Notes under the pieces: model-generated
The model's database searches: none
What the model was told of the DNA's origin: nothing
What the model saw: only the letters and a program-made list of their open reading frames with translations
Translations under genes and position numbers: made by a program
From: Chara braunii
Taxonomy: Eukaryota > Plantae > Charophyceae
NCBI GenBank assembly: GCA_003427395.1
Contig: BFEA01000037.1
Location: forward strand, 335,862-399,861
Direction: 5' to 3'
Length of the DNA stretch: 64,000 bases
In this document: positions 47,749 to 61,929 of the stretch, one piece after another
Layout: every line of letters begins with the position of its first letter
Numbering within the stretch: position 1 is the stretch's first letter

Positions 47749-50700
47749 TGAAACGGTTTCACCCAGTAGACCCGACATTTGCAGACCCAGAGATTCGATC
47801 CCTAGACATGTGCCCAATGAGATTCGATCCCTAAACCTACCCTGTTCCCTATACATTGACCCAGTGATCTGTGTGGGACTCAATCCCGTGACCAGTCCTA
47901 CACCCTAGGCTAGTCTGTAGGTCGGATAGGAGGACTCGATCCCTAGGTCTGAAGGTTAGTAGCCGAGTTCGTTACCAGTAGCCCTAAAAAGAGTCTGTTT
48001 TAGAAGTCTCTACCTAAGTCTACTGTGGGCCTAAAATCTGTCTGTCGGTCTGTAGGTTCTAGAAGTCCGTAGGTCCCCCCTCTAGGCAAGCCCAGTCAGC
48101 AGGTACCAGGGGTAGGGGCTGCACGTGGGGAAGGTTCTGGACCACACGGTGGGTTCCACGCGTTTTGGCCTAGAAGGCCACACGTCTGGAAGCTTCCCTG
48201 GGCCACGCATTTTGGCCCTGGCCCAGGCCCACGCGTGTTGAGGCAGGCCCGGGTGCCTCCGAAGAAGTACAAATACAAAGGCATGTGTAGAGAGTGTGTG
48301 CGCCTGTGTTGCATGGGCATTCAAGGTAGATCCTCGTACATGCGTGCATTAGGGAGAGTGAGGCTGGTGGTGGAGACAGTTTTTGGCGGCCATAGCCACA
48401 AGTTGTACAATTGTCTTGAACAGAGTTTAATTGCAAGTTCGTTGTTGATTTTGAGTCGACGAGTTTGGTTTTGCCGTCAGTTCTCGTGTATGCATGATGT
48501 AAGCAAGTCTGAAGTGCGAGTCTGATTGCTTTGGTATCGGAGCTGGTTCCCGTTGCCCACATTGAGCTGCAACGAGTTGGAGGTGAGAGAAGCCACCATA
48601 GCCAGAGTACAACAGAGAGAGAAATAGACAGAGAGAGAGAGAGAAAGCGAGGAGGAGGCAACAGTGGACGACAACCATAGTTGTCGAGCTTGACGAAGAA
48701 GAAGACCACCATCAAGAAAGGAGAAAGAAGAGACGCAGAGAGAAAGAAGAAGGAAGTTGACGAAGAGGGAGGTGAAGTCGGCCATAGCCAAGGTGAAGAG
48801 GACGACGAGAGTGACAAAGAAGAAGAAGGTCCACCATAGCTGAAAGGTTGGAGGGTTGACCAAGGGAGTTGACCAACGTTGACCGGAGGTTGACCAAGAG
48901 TGTTGACCAAGCGTTGACCGAAGTTGACCGGCAAGTTGACCAAGACTGTTGATCGACAAGTTGACCAAGACCGTTGACCGAAGCGTTGACAAAGTTGGAG
49001 CGAGAAGACAAGCGGTATTATCTCTCCAAGCCCTAGCCTAACCCTCACCCTGTGGATGTGCACCCTCACCTTGGTACTTGCTGACGTCAGGTTTGTCAGA
49101 GTCAGTCATATCTCCCTGTCAGTTTTGTCCAGGTCGATAGGACTCTGTGGATATGGTCGTAAAGCCGCGAGTCCAACCCAAGTAGTGAGTAGAAGTCCCC
49201 TAGATACAAGTTAACCTGGTGGGTTTACGTGTTGATGCGCGGAATCGTTGTTCATTGTGCACTGTCACCATGGTGAACATCAGGTCCGGAACTAGTACCA
49301 CCTCCTACAACAAGGAGCAAGAAGAAAGTGTTGCCGCCCTTCTGTGAGAGAGGACGGAGAAAATGGAGAAGAGGGAGTTGACCAAGCAGGCCAAGATGTT
49401 GGCCTTGCTAGAAGATCAGGAAGCAAAGAAGAGGCAGATGGTGGAGGAGACGGATAGGTGGACAAAGGAGCAGGAGGAGAAGATGGCAGCTATCCAGGCG
49501 GAGGTGGAGTAAAAAGACGACGAAGAAGAAAAGGTAGAAGAAGTGCCATTGGAAAGAAGAAGAGGTGAAGCCAGTACAAGGAGGAGATTGAGAAGATGAC
49601 AAAGGAATGGGCTACACACTTGGAGTTGGGAGAAGATAGGGAGGCAGAGTTGGCCATACCCCAAGAAGAGAGAGAAGCGGCGAAGAGGCAATTGGAAGCA
49701 GAAAGGGACCCGGTAAGGAGAAGGGCGAAGGAGGAAGAACAGCAAAGGGCATGGAAGTGGCGATTGTCCCAAGAAAAAGTTAGGCGTCTAGAAGAGGCGG
49801 AGATACCAGAAAGAGACTTAAAAGGCGACAGAGGACAGGATGGGGACGATCAGGGCAGAGACCGAGCTAGCAACTCAACTCGAGACCCTGACCCAAAGGG
49901 GAGAGTCTTGAATAATTGCACAGCGCGAGCAGATGCAGTACATACGTAGTCAAGGTATAAAAGTTAGATGCAATGCGCGAAGGGTTTAGAAACTTTGCGC
50001 AGGATATGATGAAATACATGGTGGGCCAAGTCCATCTTGCAATTAGTGAGACAAAGGAATTATGCACTGCCGACATTGAAGGCGCCAAGTTAGCGGTTGC
50101 TAAGGAAAAACAGTCAGCCCCACCACGTCGCGAAAGTCTGTTTCCCTGAACCCTTCAGTGGAAAGAAGGGGGAGGATTTCGATAACTGGGACGCCAACCT
50201 GCACTCCTATTTGTACTTGCCAAGATGAGGCGACCAGCTTCGCAAGGTCGCTCGCCCTTGCTGTAAATTGCGACAATGATATGGTCACCTAATCTAGACT
50301 GACACCCCTCTCCGAGTTCCTCAAATCACTCAGAGAACGATTTTCTTATGTAACACGGGCAACTAAAGCCTTTGATAAGCTTCAAATGATACACACACGC
50401 TGATGGAAGAGTGTTCACGCCCTCGAGTCCGCGATGGACGAGTTGATTGTTGTTCCTGGGCATGGAGCGACCGATGCCCAACTGGTTAACCTCTTTTATC
50501 GTGCCCTGCCTGAGAATATTTAGGGACATTTCTTCAAGAAGAAGAATCAACAGGGTATGACATACGATGTTCTTAGCAGGGAGGCAGTCACATTCGCCGC
50601 CCAAGTGTCGCTAGTTACCATGTTCTGGCATAAAGATTTGTCTAAGGGGAAAACATGGAAGGGGCGCGCACCATCTCTAGCCAAATTAAGGCCAAAGACA

Positions 50701-53700
50701 GTTTGATACTAACAATGGAGGGAGGTGGCACAGACGAGGTTCCCTACTCTGACATTGAGTGGGGACTAGAGGAGGAGGACAGCGACGCAGGCCAAGGGAG
50801 AACATACGCTGCTGTCACAACTGGAGGGAGGCCGCAGGGAGGAGGACAAAGGCCTGGCCGGAATGGCGGGGCCCCAGGTGGCCGAGGACAGGGCGGTCAG
50901 GGGGTTGGCGGCAATGGAAACCGCCAAGCGGGAGGAAGGGGAGGTCCCCCGTCTAACCGTCCGCGTTCTAGTTGATGGCACCCAAGCCGGCCCGAGGGTC
51001 GACCTTGGGAAGATCTGGGTATTGAACAGGGCGTATGGCAAGAATGCATTAATAGGTCTCGGTGCGTATTCTACGGGGCCCCAAGCCACATTATAAAGTT
51101 TTATCCTAAATATAGGGACCGTGCTGCCTCTGGGGCAGCAAAAGACAATCGTCGATAGCGGTTGCAACTGCCCCTACCCCTGAACCTGAGCGTGCACGCG
51201 AAGTAGAGTTTACCACTCCACATATCTCCATGGTTGAGGTTGCAGGCCGACGTCTAGTAGGCTGTCAAGAGACTGCTTGTGTTAGGGTCTTTCTAGACGT
51301 TTTCCTCACAAGCTTAGCCGAGGAACTGAAGGAGAGGGGGCAAGCCTGGCCCAAGCCGAAGAAGGATGGTAAAGGACAGCTAATTCGCACACGTAGAGAT
51401 TTTTAGAGCTAGAGTAGGAGCCCTGATACACAGTGGGGCAACTAGAAGTTATATTAATCGTAAAGTGCTGAAAGAGTTGAAGCTCAATATGAAAGTCCAG
51501 TGATTAGCAGAACCTGTAGTCATCATCCTTGTAGACACTAGTAGGATGTGCGTTGAAGAGTACGTTGAGGGGGTCCACGCCTACTTTCGCCTAGAGAAAT
51601 AAGGAAGAGAGAAGGCACTGCATTCCTTAACCCTACTCATAGAGGAGAATCTCCCATTTGACATAGTGTTAGGCACAAATTGGGGAGAGGCAGCAGGAGC
51701 CACATTGCACCTTAGAGAACACGAGTGCAGGCTCCCTAGTTTGTCAGGCGAAGTCAAGCAAGTCGGCCTGTACCATGAGTCTAGGGTAGATAATCCCCTT
51801 GCCCATTCCTGCCTCCGCACTCTTGCGTTCGCCAGACTCGTGCGAAAGGAGCAGCTCGAAAAACAGGTGTTCGTAGCCTATAGGACAATGTCTCATAAGC
51901 CCAAAGAGGAAGAGAAGATCCATCCTATTATCGCCAATTTGCTGGAAGAGTACAAGGACTTATCTAAAGCACCTTCAAGACTAGTGCCCAGACCAATCCA
52001 GCACCGCATCTGGCAGTAAAACGCCTAAGGGGGCAGTCTACATGATGTCTCCTAAGGAGTTGAACAACTTGTTTAGGCCGTGGCTAGATAGGTTCGTCGT
52101 AGTTTTCCTAGACGATATCCTAGTATTCAGCAAGACCCTCGAGGAGCATGAGGGTCATCTGAGGCAGATTCTAGGAAAGCTAAGAGAGTCTAACTTTAAG
52201 ATTAACCCGAAGAAACGCGAGAAGGCCAAGACAGAGGTTCTCTACCTAGGCCATATACTAGACGGAGACGGCATTTGGGCAGAGGACAATAAGATAGCAT
52301 CTATTAGAGATTGCCAGACTCCACGGCCGCTGACAGAGTTACGCTCGTTCCAGGGGTTGGCTAACTACTTTAGGAAGTTCGTGAGGAACTTCTCCACGAT
52401 CGTTGCTCCCCTTCGTAGGTTACTGAAGAAAGAGACAATTTGGAAGTGGGACCAAGATTGCACGTCAGCCTTCAAGAAATTAAAGAAAGCCTTAATAGAG
52501 TACCATATCCTCAAAGTTGTTGACCCGTCACTGCCATTTGCCGTCACCACAGATGCTAGTCAGTATGGCATAGGCGCCGTTTTGCAACAAGATGACGGCA
52601 ATGGTTATGAACCCGTAAAGTTAATGTCAGCCAGGCTGCCCTCAGAAAAGGTAGCAGCATCGACATATGAGAGGGAACTCTACTCTCTCAGGCAGGCCTT
52701 AGATCATTGGAAGCACTACCTGCTTGGGAGGCACTTCAAGGTATATTCAGATCATGACACTCTTAGATGGCTAAAGACCCAAGCCAAGATGACGCCCAAA
52801 GTAACTAGATGGGCTGCTTAGATAGACCAGTATGACTTTGAGCTAACCGGTTAAAGGCAAGTATAACGTTGTACCTAACGCCCTAAGCAGGAGAGCAGAC
52901 TATTTTGGCGCCATAGTTCACTATTTAGACATAGGGGCCGATGTGCAGCACAACGTGAGAGATGCCTACACACAGGACCCAATCTATAGCGAGCTATTGA
53001 AGAGAGTAAAAGAAGCCCCACATAGTAAACCACATTACCGAACCACAAACGGGTTATTGTTCAAGATGACCAATGTCGCCAACAATGAAGAGATCCGTAG
53101 TCTGATCTTAGGGGAATGCCACGATACAGAGGAGCACGTCGAATGGCAAAAGACTGTAGCTAACCTGACGACGTCATGCACGTGGTCAAGCATGAAAGCA
53201 GACTGCATAGAGTATGTTCACAGTTGCAAAGTATGTCAGCGCAATAAGACCACAACAAAAGCCTCGTTAGGTCTTCTTAGACCCTTGCCTATTCTATAAG
53301 GACCCGGAGAGTCAGTTTCCATTGATTTCATGGATACTGGGGTCAGGAGTAGGCACGACAGAACTCAATTAATAGTCATAGTAGACCGATTTAGAAACTA
53401 TGCAATATTTGTTCCCCTGCATTCAGAGGCACGAACTGACTTAGCAACAAGTAAGTTTTTCGATTTCAAGGTAAGCGAACATGGTTTGCCGTTGTCCATA
53501 GTTAGTGATAGAGACACACGGTTTACTCGTCCAAACTGACAAGATCTTATGAAGGTATACGGATCTAAGCTATTGATGTCATTCGACCGTCACCTAGAGA
53601 CGAACGACCAGGTAGAGCAAAAGAACAAGATCTTGCAACAGCTACTCGAAATGTATACTAGGCCAGATGAGGTAAACTGGGATGAGATGCTCCCCAAAGT

Positions 53701-56700
53701 AGCAAGTGCCAATATTAGCAGTGTTCATCTAGCTACTACAAAACTCCTAACGAGCTACATAGCCCTTTGGACTAAGGCGACCGTTTAAAGGACTGAGCCA
53801 GGACCAGATACAGAGGCTACCACCCAGAACTCAAGAGTTTGTGTTACAGCACGAGCAAGAAGTCGCTAGGGTCATTGGCAATCTTAGGAAAGCCCAACAT
53901 CCGATGATAGAACAAGCCAACAAGCACTGTTGACCGTCACACTTTCAAGTCAAAGGAGTTCACTTCATAGGAGAACATCTCACAGAAGCTCTTACCCATG
54001 TATAGAGGACCATGGCCTGTCCTAGAAGTCAAAGGAGGAGAGGACGGCCCGTCATACACAATAGAGATCCCACCTCACCTCCACACGTACCCAATCTTCC
54101 ATGCGTCTAAGTTGCTGCCTTGCACCACGTCTGACAGATTCCCTTCCCGAAGAGCAATGATTCCTCTAGACATGGATGGTGCATATCACATAGATCGCAA
54201 AGTGGAAGAGGACGTGTTTAGAACAGGAGGTCGGGGTCGTCCCTAGAAACAGTATAAGGTTAGGTTCGCATATCAGGAACCCGACAACGACGGATGGTTT
54301 ACCAGAACAGATCATTTAGAAACCGCTCCTGACATCTTAGACGCTTATGAGAGAGAAAGAAAGGGTAAAGGTCCTATCTTGAGTTAAAATGTTCTCGAAG
54401 GACCTCAAATTTAGGGCGGCGGGAGTGAAACGGTTTCATCGAGTAGTCCCGACATTCGCAAACCCTTCAGATTTGATCCCTAGACCTGTGCCCGAACCCT
54501 GTACATTGACCCTATGCGCCCAGTGAGATTCGATCCCTAGACCTACCCTCTTCCTTGCACATTGACCCAGTCATCTGTGTCGGACTCGATCCCGTGACCT
54601 GTCCTACACCCTAGGCTAGTTTGTAGGTCGGATAGGAGGACTCGATCCCTAGGTTTGTAGGTTAGTAGCTGAGTCTGTTACCGGTGGGCCTAAAAAGAGT
54701 TTGTTCTAGAAGTCTCTACCTAAGTCTACTGTGGGCCTAAAGTCTGTTTGTCGGTTTGTACGTTCTAAAAGTTCGTAGGTCCCTGTAGGGAAGCCCAGTC
54801 AGCAGGTACCAGGGGTCGGGGCTGCACGTGGGGAAGGTTCTAGACCACGTGGTGGGTTCCACACGTTTTGGCCCAGAAGGCCACACATCTGGAAGCTTCC
54901 CTGGGCCATGGGTTTTGGCCCAAGCCCACGCATTTTGAGGCAGGCCCGATGTCGGAGGGCGCGGTGTCCCGACCCTCCGTTGTGTGCCGAATGCCTACTC
55001 ACGTATCTCTGCTGCGGGTCAAGTACCTGCTCACATACCTCCGCCATGTGACCAGTGCAATAGACGCTACCACCGGCAAAATGGTCCGTGCGCCAATGGA
55101 CTTTCCTTTGGTCCACGCACGCTCGGCGTGCCGCTGTACAGTAGAGCACGACCGCCTGTGGCCGTGGCAGCCGTCGGGTTCGCCGAGGGACGCAGAGGTA
55201 GAGGGACCGGTGCAGTATTTTCTACTGCGCGTCGAGCACCCCCTAGTCGAGTTACGGGACGAGTGCAAAAGGGTGTTGTATCAAAGCAAGAAGAAGCGAA
55301 AGAAAAGGAAAAGAAAGGGAAATACGAAAATGGGAGAAGTCGCACGTCAAACCTGCGCCCCGACTCAAATCGTCATTATTATTATTATTATTATTATTAT
55401 CATTACTGCTATTATTATAATTAACTGTCTTTTGAACTATGTCCTTCTTCGCCGCTCCGTGGAAGAACCAACGGTTCACTTCTGAGTAGTGACTACAGAC
55501 CGGTGGCCGAGTTTGGTCAGACCCTTCGCGTTCGGTGCGTTGCTGGTGAGATCGACTACGCATGAAATAGTGGGGGCCGTGGCCGTGTTGGTAGGAGGCT
55601 TATCACCTCCCTTGGAAGGTCATAAGCCCCCTCCTTGCCATCGGACACAGGTAACCATCACAGGTAGACCAGCAGCACGTTTTAAGGGGAGGGAAGCGCC
55701 TGTCGGTATCCCATTATGGGATCGTCGCGTCGAGCTTGCGGTCGCTTCACGCCTGAGACAAAGTGGTTAGTGATTGACAGCAGGAGCAGGCGATATGATC
55801 GTTGGTGTCCTGCCTCTCATTTTCTTTACTTTGTTTCGTTTTATCTTATTTTATTAATTTCTGAATTACAAATTATTGAAATGCAGAATTTTGAAAGTTC
55901 TTTGAATCGCTCATTTAGAGCACGGGGATCGTGGTAAGTAGTGATCCTATAAAAAGTGAGGGAGATGTGTCATTGGCTACTTGGGCATAGGCAGTCTCGT
56001 TACTAGAGCACGGGCGAATCAAGGAGGGAGGACCAGGCGGCGAAGTGAGCGTGCAAGTTCGTTTGTGTCTGCGTGCCTCGAGTACTTAGTTCTGGCTATT
56101 CTGGAGTCGGTAGCCTAGTACCGTATACAGTCCGAAAGAGGGCTCAACGATGGTGGGTAGCAGTGGACTGAATGGCTATAGGCCAAAATATACCTCCACT
56201 TCCTCTAGAGGTGGGAGCAAATGTCAGGAGAGGGGCCGATGGTGACCGCCATTTTGGACTACAGCCATTGCAATCAGGAGGCAAGGTTGAAGATAAACGT
56301 TGAATGGGGGAAGGACAAGGAAATGAGAGCAGATCAGGTGTTGCAAGCGGCCATCACGGAAGCAAAGGACCGTGCCGAGCGGAGGTGTAGAGGAGACGGG
56401 GTCACGAACGAAATCAAGGCGACTGTCTCGTACTTGGAGGGAGAGACCTCGACGGACACGGTAGAGAGGGAACAGCGGCACCTGGACCGCGGGAACCCAA
56501 TCCTGGCATGGACTGGACCAGTGACGGCAAGACCACCCACCCGCGGAACCTGTGGAAAGTGGCCAAGAGGCCAACTCGCGACGACGAAAAGACCAGACTC
56601 GCTAGACTACGGGACGAGAGGTCAACTCGCGAGGGCGGAAGAACGCAAGGGTGAGCGGTTGCGAGAGAGAAAGAGGGAGGAGCTAGAGAGGTGTACGACG

Positions 56701-59700
56701 CGCAGCGCAGAGCGGCGATGTTTGAACGATTGATTGTCGACACTAGCCTTCGCTAGTCATGTCAATAAAGCAGGCGCACTCCAGTGTTAACCTAAAGGTA
56801 GCTAGTGTGACGTGGCGTCGATCGCTTCGTGCTGAGAGAAAGGCTAGCGAAGAAGCGCGAGTGACGTGCTGGCTCCATGGTGATGAGTGCTAATGACTAA
56901 TGTCCTCGGTCGCCTCAGGATCGCTGGCGCTGTTCGGCCCGAGAGCTCGTGTACACTCTCGCCAGGGATGAGGTCGCCGACTCCTGGGCACGTGTGACAG
57001 TTATGTTAAAGGACGGGCCAGTCTACTTGTGGCAGTTAGTAAGACCGAGGAACACACACACACAAAAGGCATGAATGGATATGGAGCCCAGGTACTGCGT
57101 CTAAGGCGATCGGCGTGGACACTCTCTTGACGTGACCCAAGAAAGCGCGTGAGAGCCGCCTGTCAAATGAGCTACAAAGGAGACTAGGGGATTGTTTCTC
57201 ACGAGGGAGAAAGGGGCGAGAAGGCACGATCAGCCATGATCAGGGCATAAGTCGGGGCACACGTGTGAGACGATGCGGGTACTAGCGACATTGAAAAGAG
57301 GAGCAACGTGATCACGGTGTTTTGCTCAAGGAAGGCGTGTGAAGAAATGCTTGCCTTCCGTTTTGTTGGCGTCAGCTTCCTCTCACGAGGAGCCATGGCC
57401 AATTGCTAACGAGCTTGAACGAAGGATGAAGCGATGTCGTCTATGCTCTGCCCTGCTCGCAGCTGTTTGCTGATAACTGTAGGCCGCTCGTCACCATCAT
57501 GGAGGAACATTGCTCGTCGTGAGTCCTTGTCACGAAGGGGGTGCTTTACTTGTGAGCTCGTGGATCTCGAAAGGAAAATGCATGACTTACCCTGTTGACG
57601 TCACTCATTACGAGGGGAACACAAACTAGGGATGTATCAGGGGAGGCCCGTGGAGAGGTCTCGTACGAGAGCTCTGATAGAAACGACCCCGTGAGAACGG
57701 AGCGCTAGCAGCGAGTGTGAGCTTGCAGGATAAGGCCTCTCTTGGGTTTTCGAGTGAGATTACGAGCGTGACTGAGGCGTTGACGTCACCTACATTTCCT
57801 CTTGGATCATCTTCCCAAGGCTTGTTCTTCTGAATCTCCTTCGTAGTCTGAAAACACTCGCGAGTTGTCATCAGCGTCCTTTCGGGGTTCTGTTCCCGCG
57901 CACTCGCCACTGGTCAAATCTAGTGTCAGTGATGGTTTGTTCCTCAGGCTCATTTTAGCCAGGTTGGGCGCTCTAGGTAGTATCCTAACTAGAACTAGAG
58001 GTCAGGAGCGGGCAGAGTAAAGAGACGCCAAGTGGAAGCGATATGTCAGAAGACATGCAAGGGTGGGGAAGAATGAGTCACTGGTGATCAGACTCTCTAC
58101 ATGAGTTCAAGTCTCAAAAGATTAATTGTCAGGTGTACGAGGGAAGGTGGTCAGATTTTGAGTTCCCCTCTTACTGACTAATGTGAAGCGGTGTGGAGCA
58201 CAACCCTTGGATTAGAAATTGGTGACGAGGGTTGCTCTGAAATCATCACTCAAATAGAAGTAACTATATTGGAGTCCATCATAGGCATTTTGGTTCACTT
58301 CTGAGGCTTGACTGACTTGGGAAGATAAGGACATACATTTCCACTCTTGCCTACCTAACCTCTTTTGTCGCTTGGCCTTTCTCCCTTTTGTGCGACTGAT
58401 TTCTCCGTAGAAGGACCGAACCTTAACCCTTCTATGAGCAAGGGTAAATGAACAGACAAATCGAAATAAAAGTTGTTGAGCTCTTCAGTGTCAACCTGTA
58501 GACTCAAACTCACTATCCAAGTTAGTTGTAAGACGCTCTATCACCCAGAAAAGGACTGGCTACGAAGTCCCAAGGCACATGGGAATCTGCCTGACAACTT
58601 GATCCCCATGTCACACGCGTCTAGCACTAATGGGCGCGAGACAGAACCCTCTGAGGAAGGTTGTACATATAATCGTTAAATCCATGACTAATGGGGATTA
58701 GATCCCAGACTGGGTGCCGATTACTTCACGGGACTCCAACAAATAAAAGCTCGCCCGAAATCCACCAAACGTCGGTGTTCTCAAAAATGCAGGGTAATAC
58801 AGGGGCGAGAGCAAATAAGACGAGCGCGTGTGAAATAGCTCAACCTCGATACCAGACACTCGTGCGATCGTTATGAGTGCGTGGTTGCACATAATTATAG
58901 GCTTCAATTGTATGAACTTGCAACTGCATGGGCGTGCAGATGAGATGACTGTACGAGTATATGACCGTGCCGATCCGAGAGTGTTCAGACGAGCGTGGAC
59001 ATGTAAGCGCTGACTCGCATATGTAAACACAGGCTTTCCTGCAACTTGCAACTTGTAAACACGTGCATTGTCAGCCTAACCCTCTACACATAATGAACTA
59101 GGATGTTATCTTTGGGTACCGGGACAGAGTAATGAGCCGCAGAGGGAATAAACGACAACTGAGAAAAATAGCTTATTTAATTGCAAAATTCTTGCTTGAC
59201 GAGGACTAAATTTGATGACGATCAATTCCTCAAGTTGTGTTGATCAGAGACTGACTAATCGGGCCAAGATGGTGACGCGACTGTCCATCTGCAACATGAC
59301 GTTGTAACGAGTTCATCTGTCAAAGCATAAAACTCTTGGCACATTTCAATTCCTCCCTTTCCGATACTGGTAGGATACATGACCAAGGGCGGGTCGTGAC
59401 AGATTGTGAGCCTGCCTCGAAGTCTGGGTATGTCACGAATACATGCCACTGATTAAAACAGACTTCTGACTTTCCCCAATTATTCGCGGTTTGCTGATGT
59501 ACCCAGCTGTTTGAAATCCTATTTTGCGGGCAGTCCATATCGCCCGAAGGCGAAGTGGCAAGAGTAATCACGACTTAGTTCAGCTAAGCAAGAACCTCTT
59601 GCAGAATTTCAACAAATCCTAAAGTGCAGATTGAACACCTGGCCTCCTGATGGACTGGGTTTAAGTTACGGAGTTCATTATGAGTTAGTCCCTTTACCTG

Positions 59701-60367
59701 GCTATATCATCTGGGTCAGAACCCGTCTTCCATTCAGAGTGACTTTCCCTATATAGGCTCGGCCCAGTGTTTCGGGTATGAGTCGATGAGTGTAAATTCA
59801 ATGTCACGTCTGAGTCAAAAGGACGAACAGAAGGTGACCTATCACATGAATTCCCCATAACTTCTGAATGAGCCTCATTTAGGTTGGCCATGATGAGAGC
59901 TTTCGTGTTGGGCTTGATGTATCTCTGTTATAACCATGTGGTATGAACCGACGTAGTACTTGGACAGGCGATTCACCCCTAAGACAAATCTCTGATTACC
60001 TCGGCATGGGCTTAATGATATGGGTTGGAAGGATACGGTAGTTAAGGTTAGCGCCTGATAATCACTCGTTCGGCTCTGAGAAAGGTTTAGTGACAGACAG
60101 TGAGGGGAACCCTCTTCACAAGCTACACCCCTGTTGTACAGGGCCTGCCAAAACGGTTAATCGTCCTCCTGTCTTCCCTTTGGCATCCGGTTTCGACAAG
60201 TGCTTGCCAGCTCCCGAACTTTCAGGAGGCCGAGCCCGACGTTGATCAATCTGATCGGCGGCCGTCGTTTCGTTTCGGCCTCCTGAAAGTTCGAAGGCCG
60301 AGTATTTTTGAATTGACAAAGGTACTAGTGGTTTAAGAAAACGATGAGATATGAAGGATGCAGTCTA

Positions 60368-60450
60368 GTTGATGTAGCTCAGTGGTTAGAGCACCGGTTG
60401 GAAATGCGCATTGTGGTACAAGGTTGCGGGTTCAAAACCCCGCAGCCTTG
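60368..60450 (+). tRNA. tRNA-derived (SINE-head-like) sequence
   Basis: A box TAGCTCAGTGGTTAGAGC and T-arm GCGGGTTCAAAACCCCGC; the middle is not a canonical anticodon arm. Confidence 0.55.
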
Positions 60451-60667
60451 TGCATGGACACCAGCAGGGCGTTAGATTGACGCACGGCTGGACACACATC
60501 CCCTTGGGCTAACGCATGGTACTATTACAGACACTGCCTGCGCACCACCCAAGGGTAGTCCACGATGTTGTATAATGGTTGTGGGTTTCACAAGGTTTGC
60601 TTGGGGTGTTGGTCTCGGGTGTTCTGAGGTTCTCCCCAGTCTGGCATATCACACGATCATACCATTT

Positions 60668-60740
60668 TCAGTAGTAGCTCATACGGTAGAGTCTTGGATT
60701 ACATGTTACAAGGTCACGGGTTCAAGTTCGGTTCGGTCCT
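60668..60740 (+). tRNA. Degenerate tRNA-like sequence (TAC loop, Val-like)
   Basis: GTAGCTCATACGGTAGAG...ATTACAT...GGTCACGGGTTCAAGTTC. Confidence 0.45.
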
Positions 60741-61929
60741 TGGGGGGGTCCTTGTCCAGCTGGCCCGTTCTCTCCTCGATACATGATTCACAGCGTACAC
60801 ATAGCTTTCGGGCATACACACATAGCTTGCGAATCATATATCGCTTACAAGTTACATACACAAGGTTCCACGCATGATACTGTCTACACAGATTCACAGA
60901 ATATATACAAAAAAAACAGGTCGAGGAGCTAGTCACTGGTGGGGTCTAGTGCCTGCAGTAGGTTCAGGTAGGTTGGATAGGGTGCCATTGGGTGCAGTTC
61001 TTACTGACATTCGGATAGAACTGTCTGGTGGCTATATATATATGGGGCCTGTAGTTCATTGTCTGGGCCTGGCGTCCGAAGTTCCCGTTCGACAAGGTTC
61101 GTCCGATTCCGCTTCCACCACGGCTGGGCAATCTATCAGCCCTGGTGCCTATCACTGCTGTTCGGTCCAAGTTGCCTGCCCGTTGGTAGGGCAAGGGTGC
61201 TGACTGCAGGTCACACTAAGGTAGAATAGTGGGATAGGGGGTGCGCTAGGAGTATTGACGTGAGGATGGGTTGGGAGGTGGTCTCATATTCCAAGACAAC
61301 CACAACTCACAGTTCCAGGTGATCACTGTGCACACACTGACTGACCTCTACAACACCCTGGACTTAAAAAAAAAAAAAAAAAAAAAAAAAAGGAAAAAAA
61401 AAAAGAAGGATGAAGAGATATTAGTAGTCAAAGGTATCAGACAGAAGAAATCCGGGACATGGAATTCAGCACGTCGGTGCTAAGGGAGTGTGCAGTTACA
61501 AGGACAAGAGAGCAGAAATATATTGAATATGTTTTCCAGTTCCATGATAAGGATGGCAAACTGCACAGCTTCGGCTCATCTCTAAGACGGTGGAGCGGGC
61601 TAGGGCAAAGCTCAGGTGAGCGCAAGGGTGCTCAAACTTCCCCCACTAGCGTCTATCATCAAATGTCACCCAACAACCCACAGTCCTCTCAGCATTTTAT
61701 CACAAAGTGATCAACATTCAGTGACTCGTTATTTCTATAACACTCAGTCATTCGAGTTGCCAGAAAGTTTCAGCCAAAAATCTAAACAGCATTCAGTTAT
61801 TGTCTTTTACCTCAGAAATCATTGTCTTTTACCTCAGAAATCATTGTCTTTTACCTCAGAAATCAGCGTCACTCGAACAATATTTTCATCTGAAGGCACG
61901 TGATCAGTTTTAACAACTGGCATCAGCCC

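Noticed and set aside
60465-61360. hAT-like element (CAGGGCGTT...CAACACCCTG)
   Set aside because: Termini are imperfect and the 8-bp flanks match at only about half their positions.
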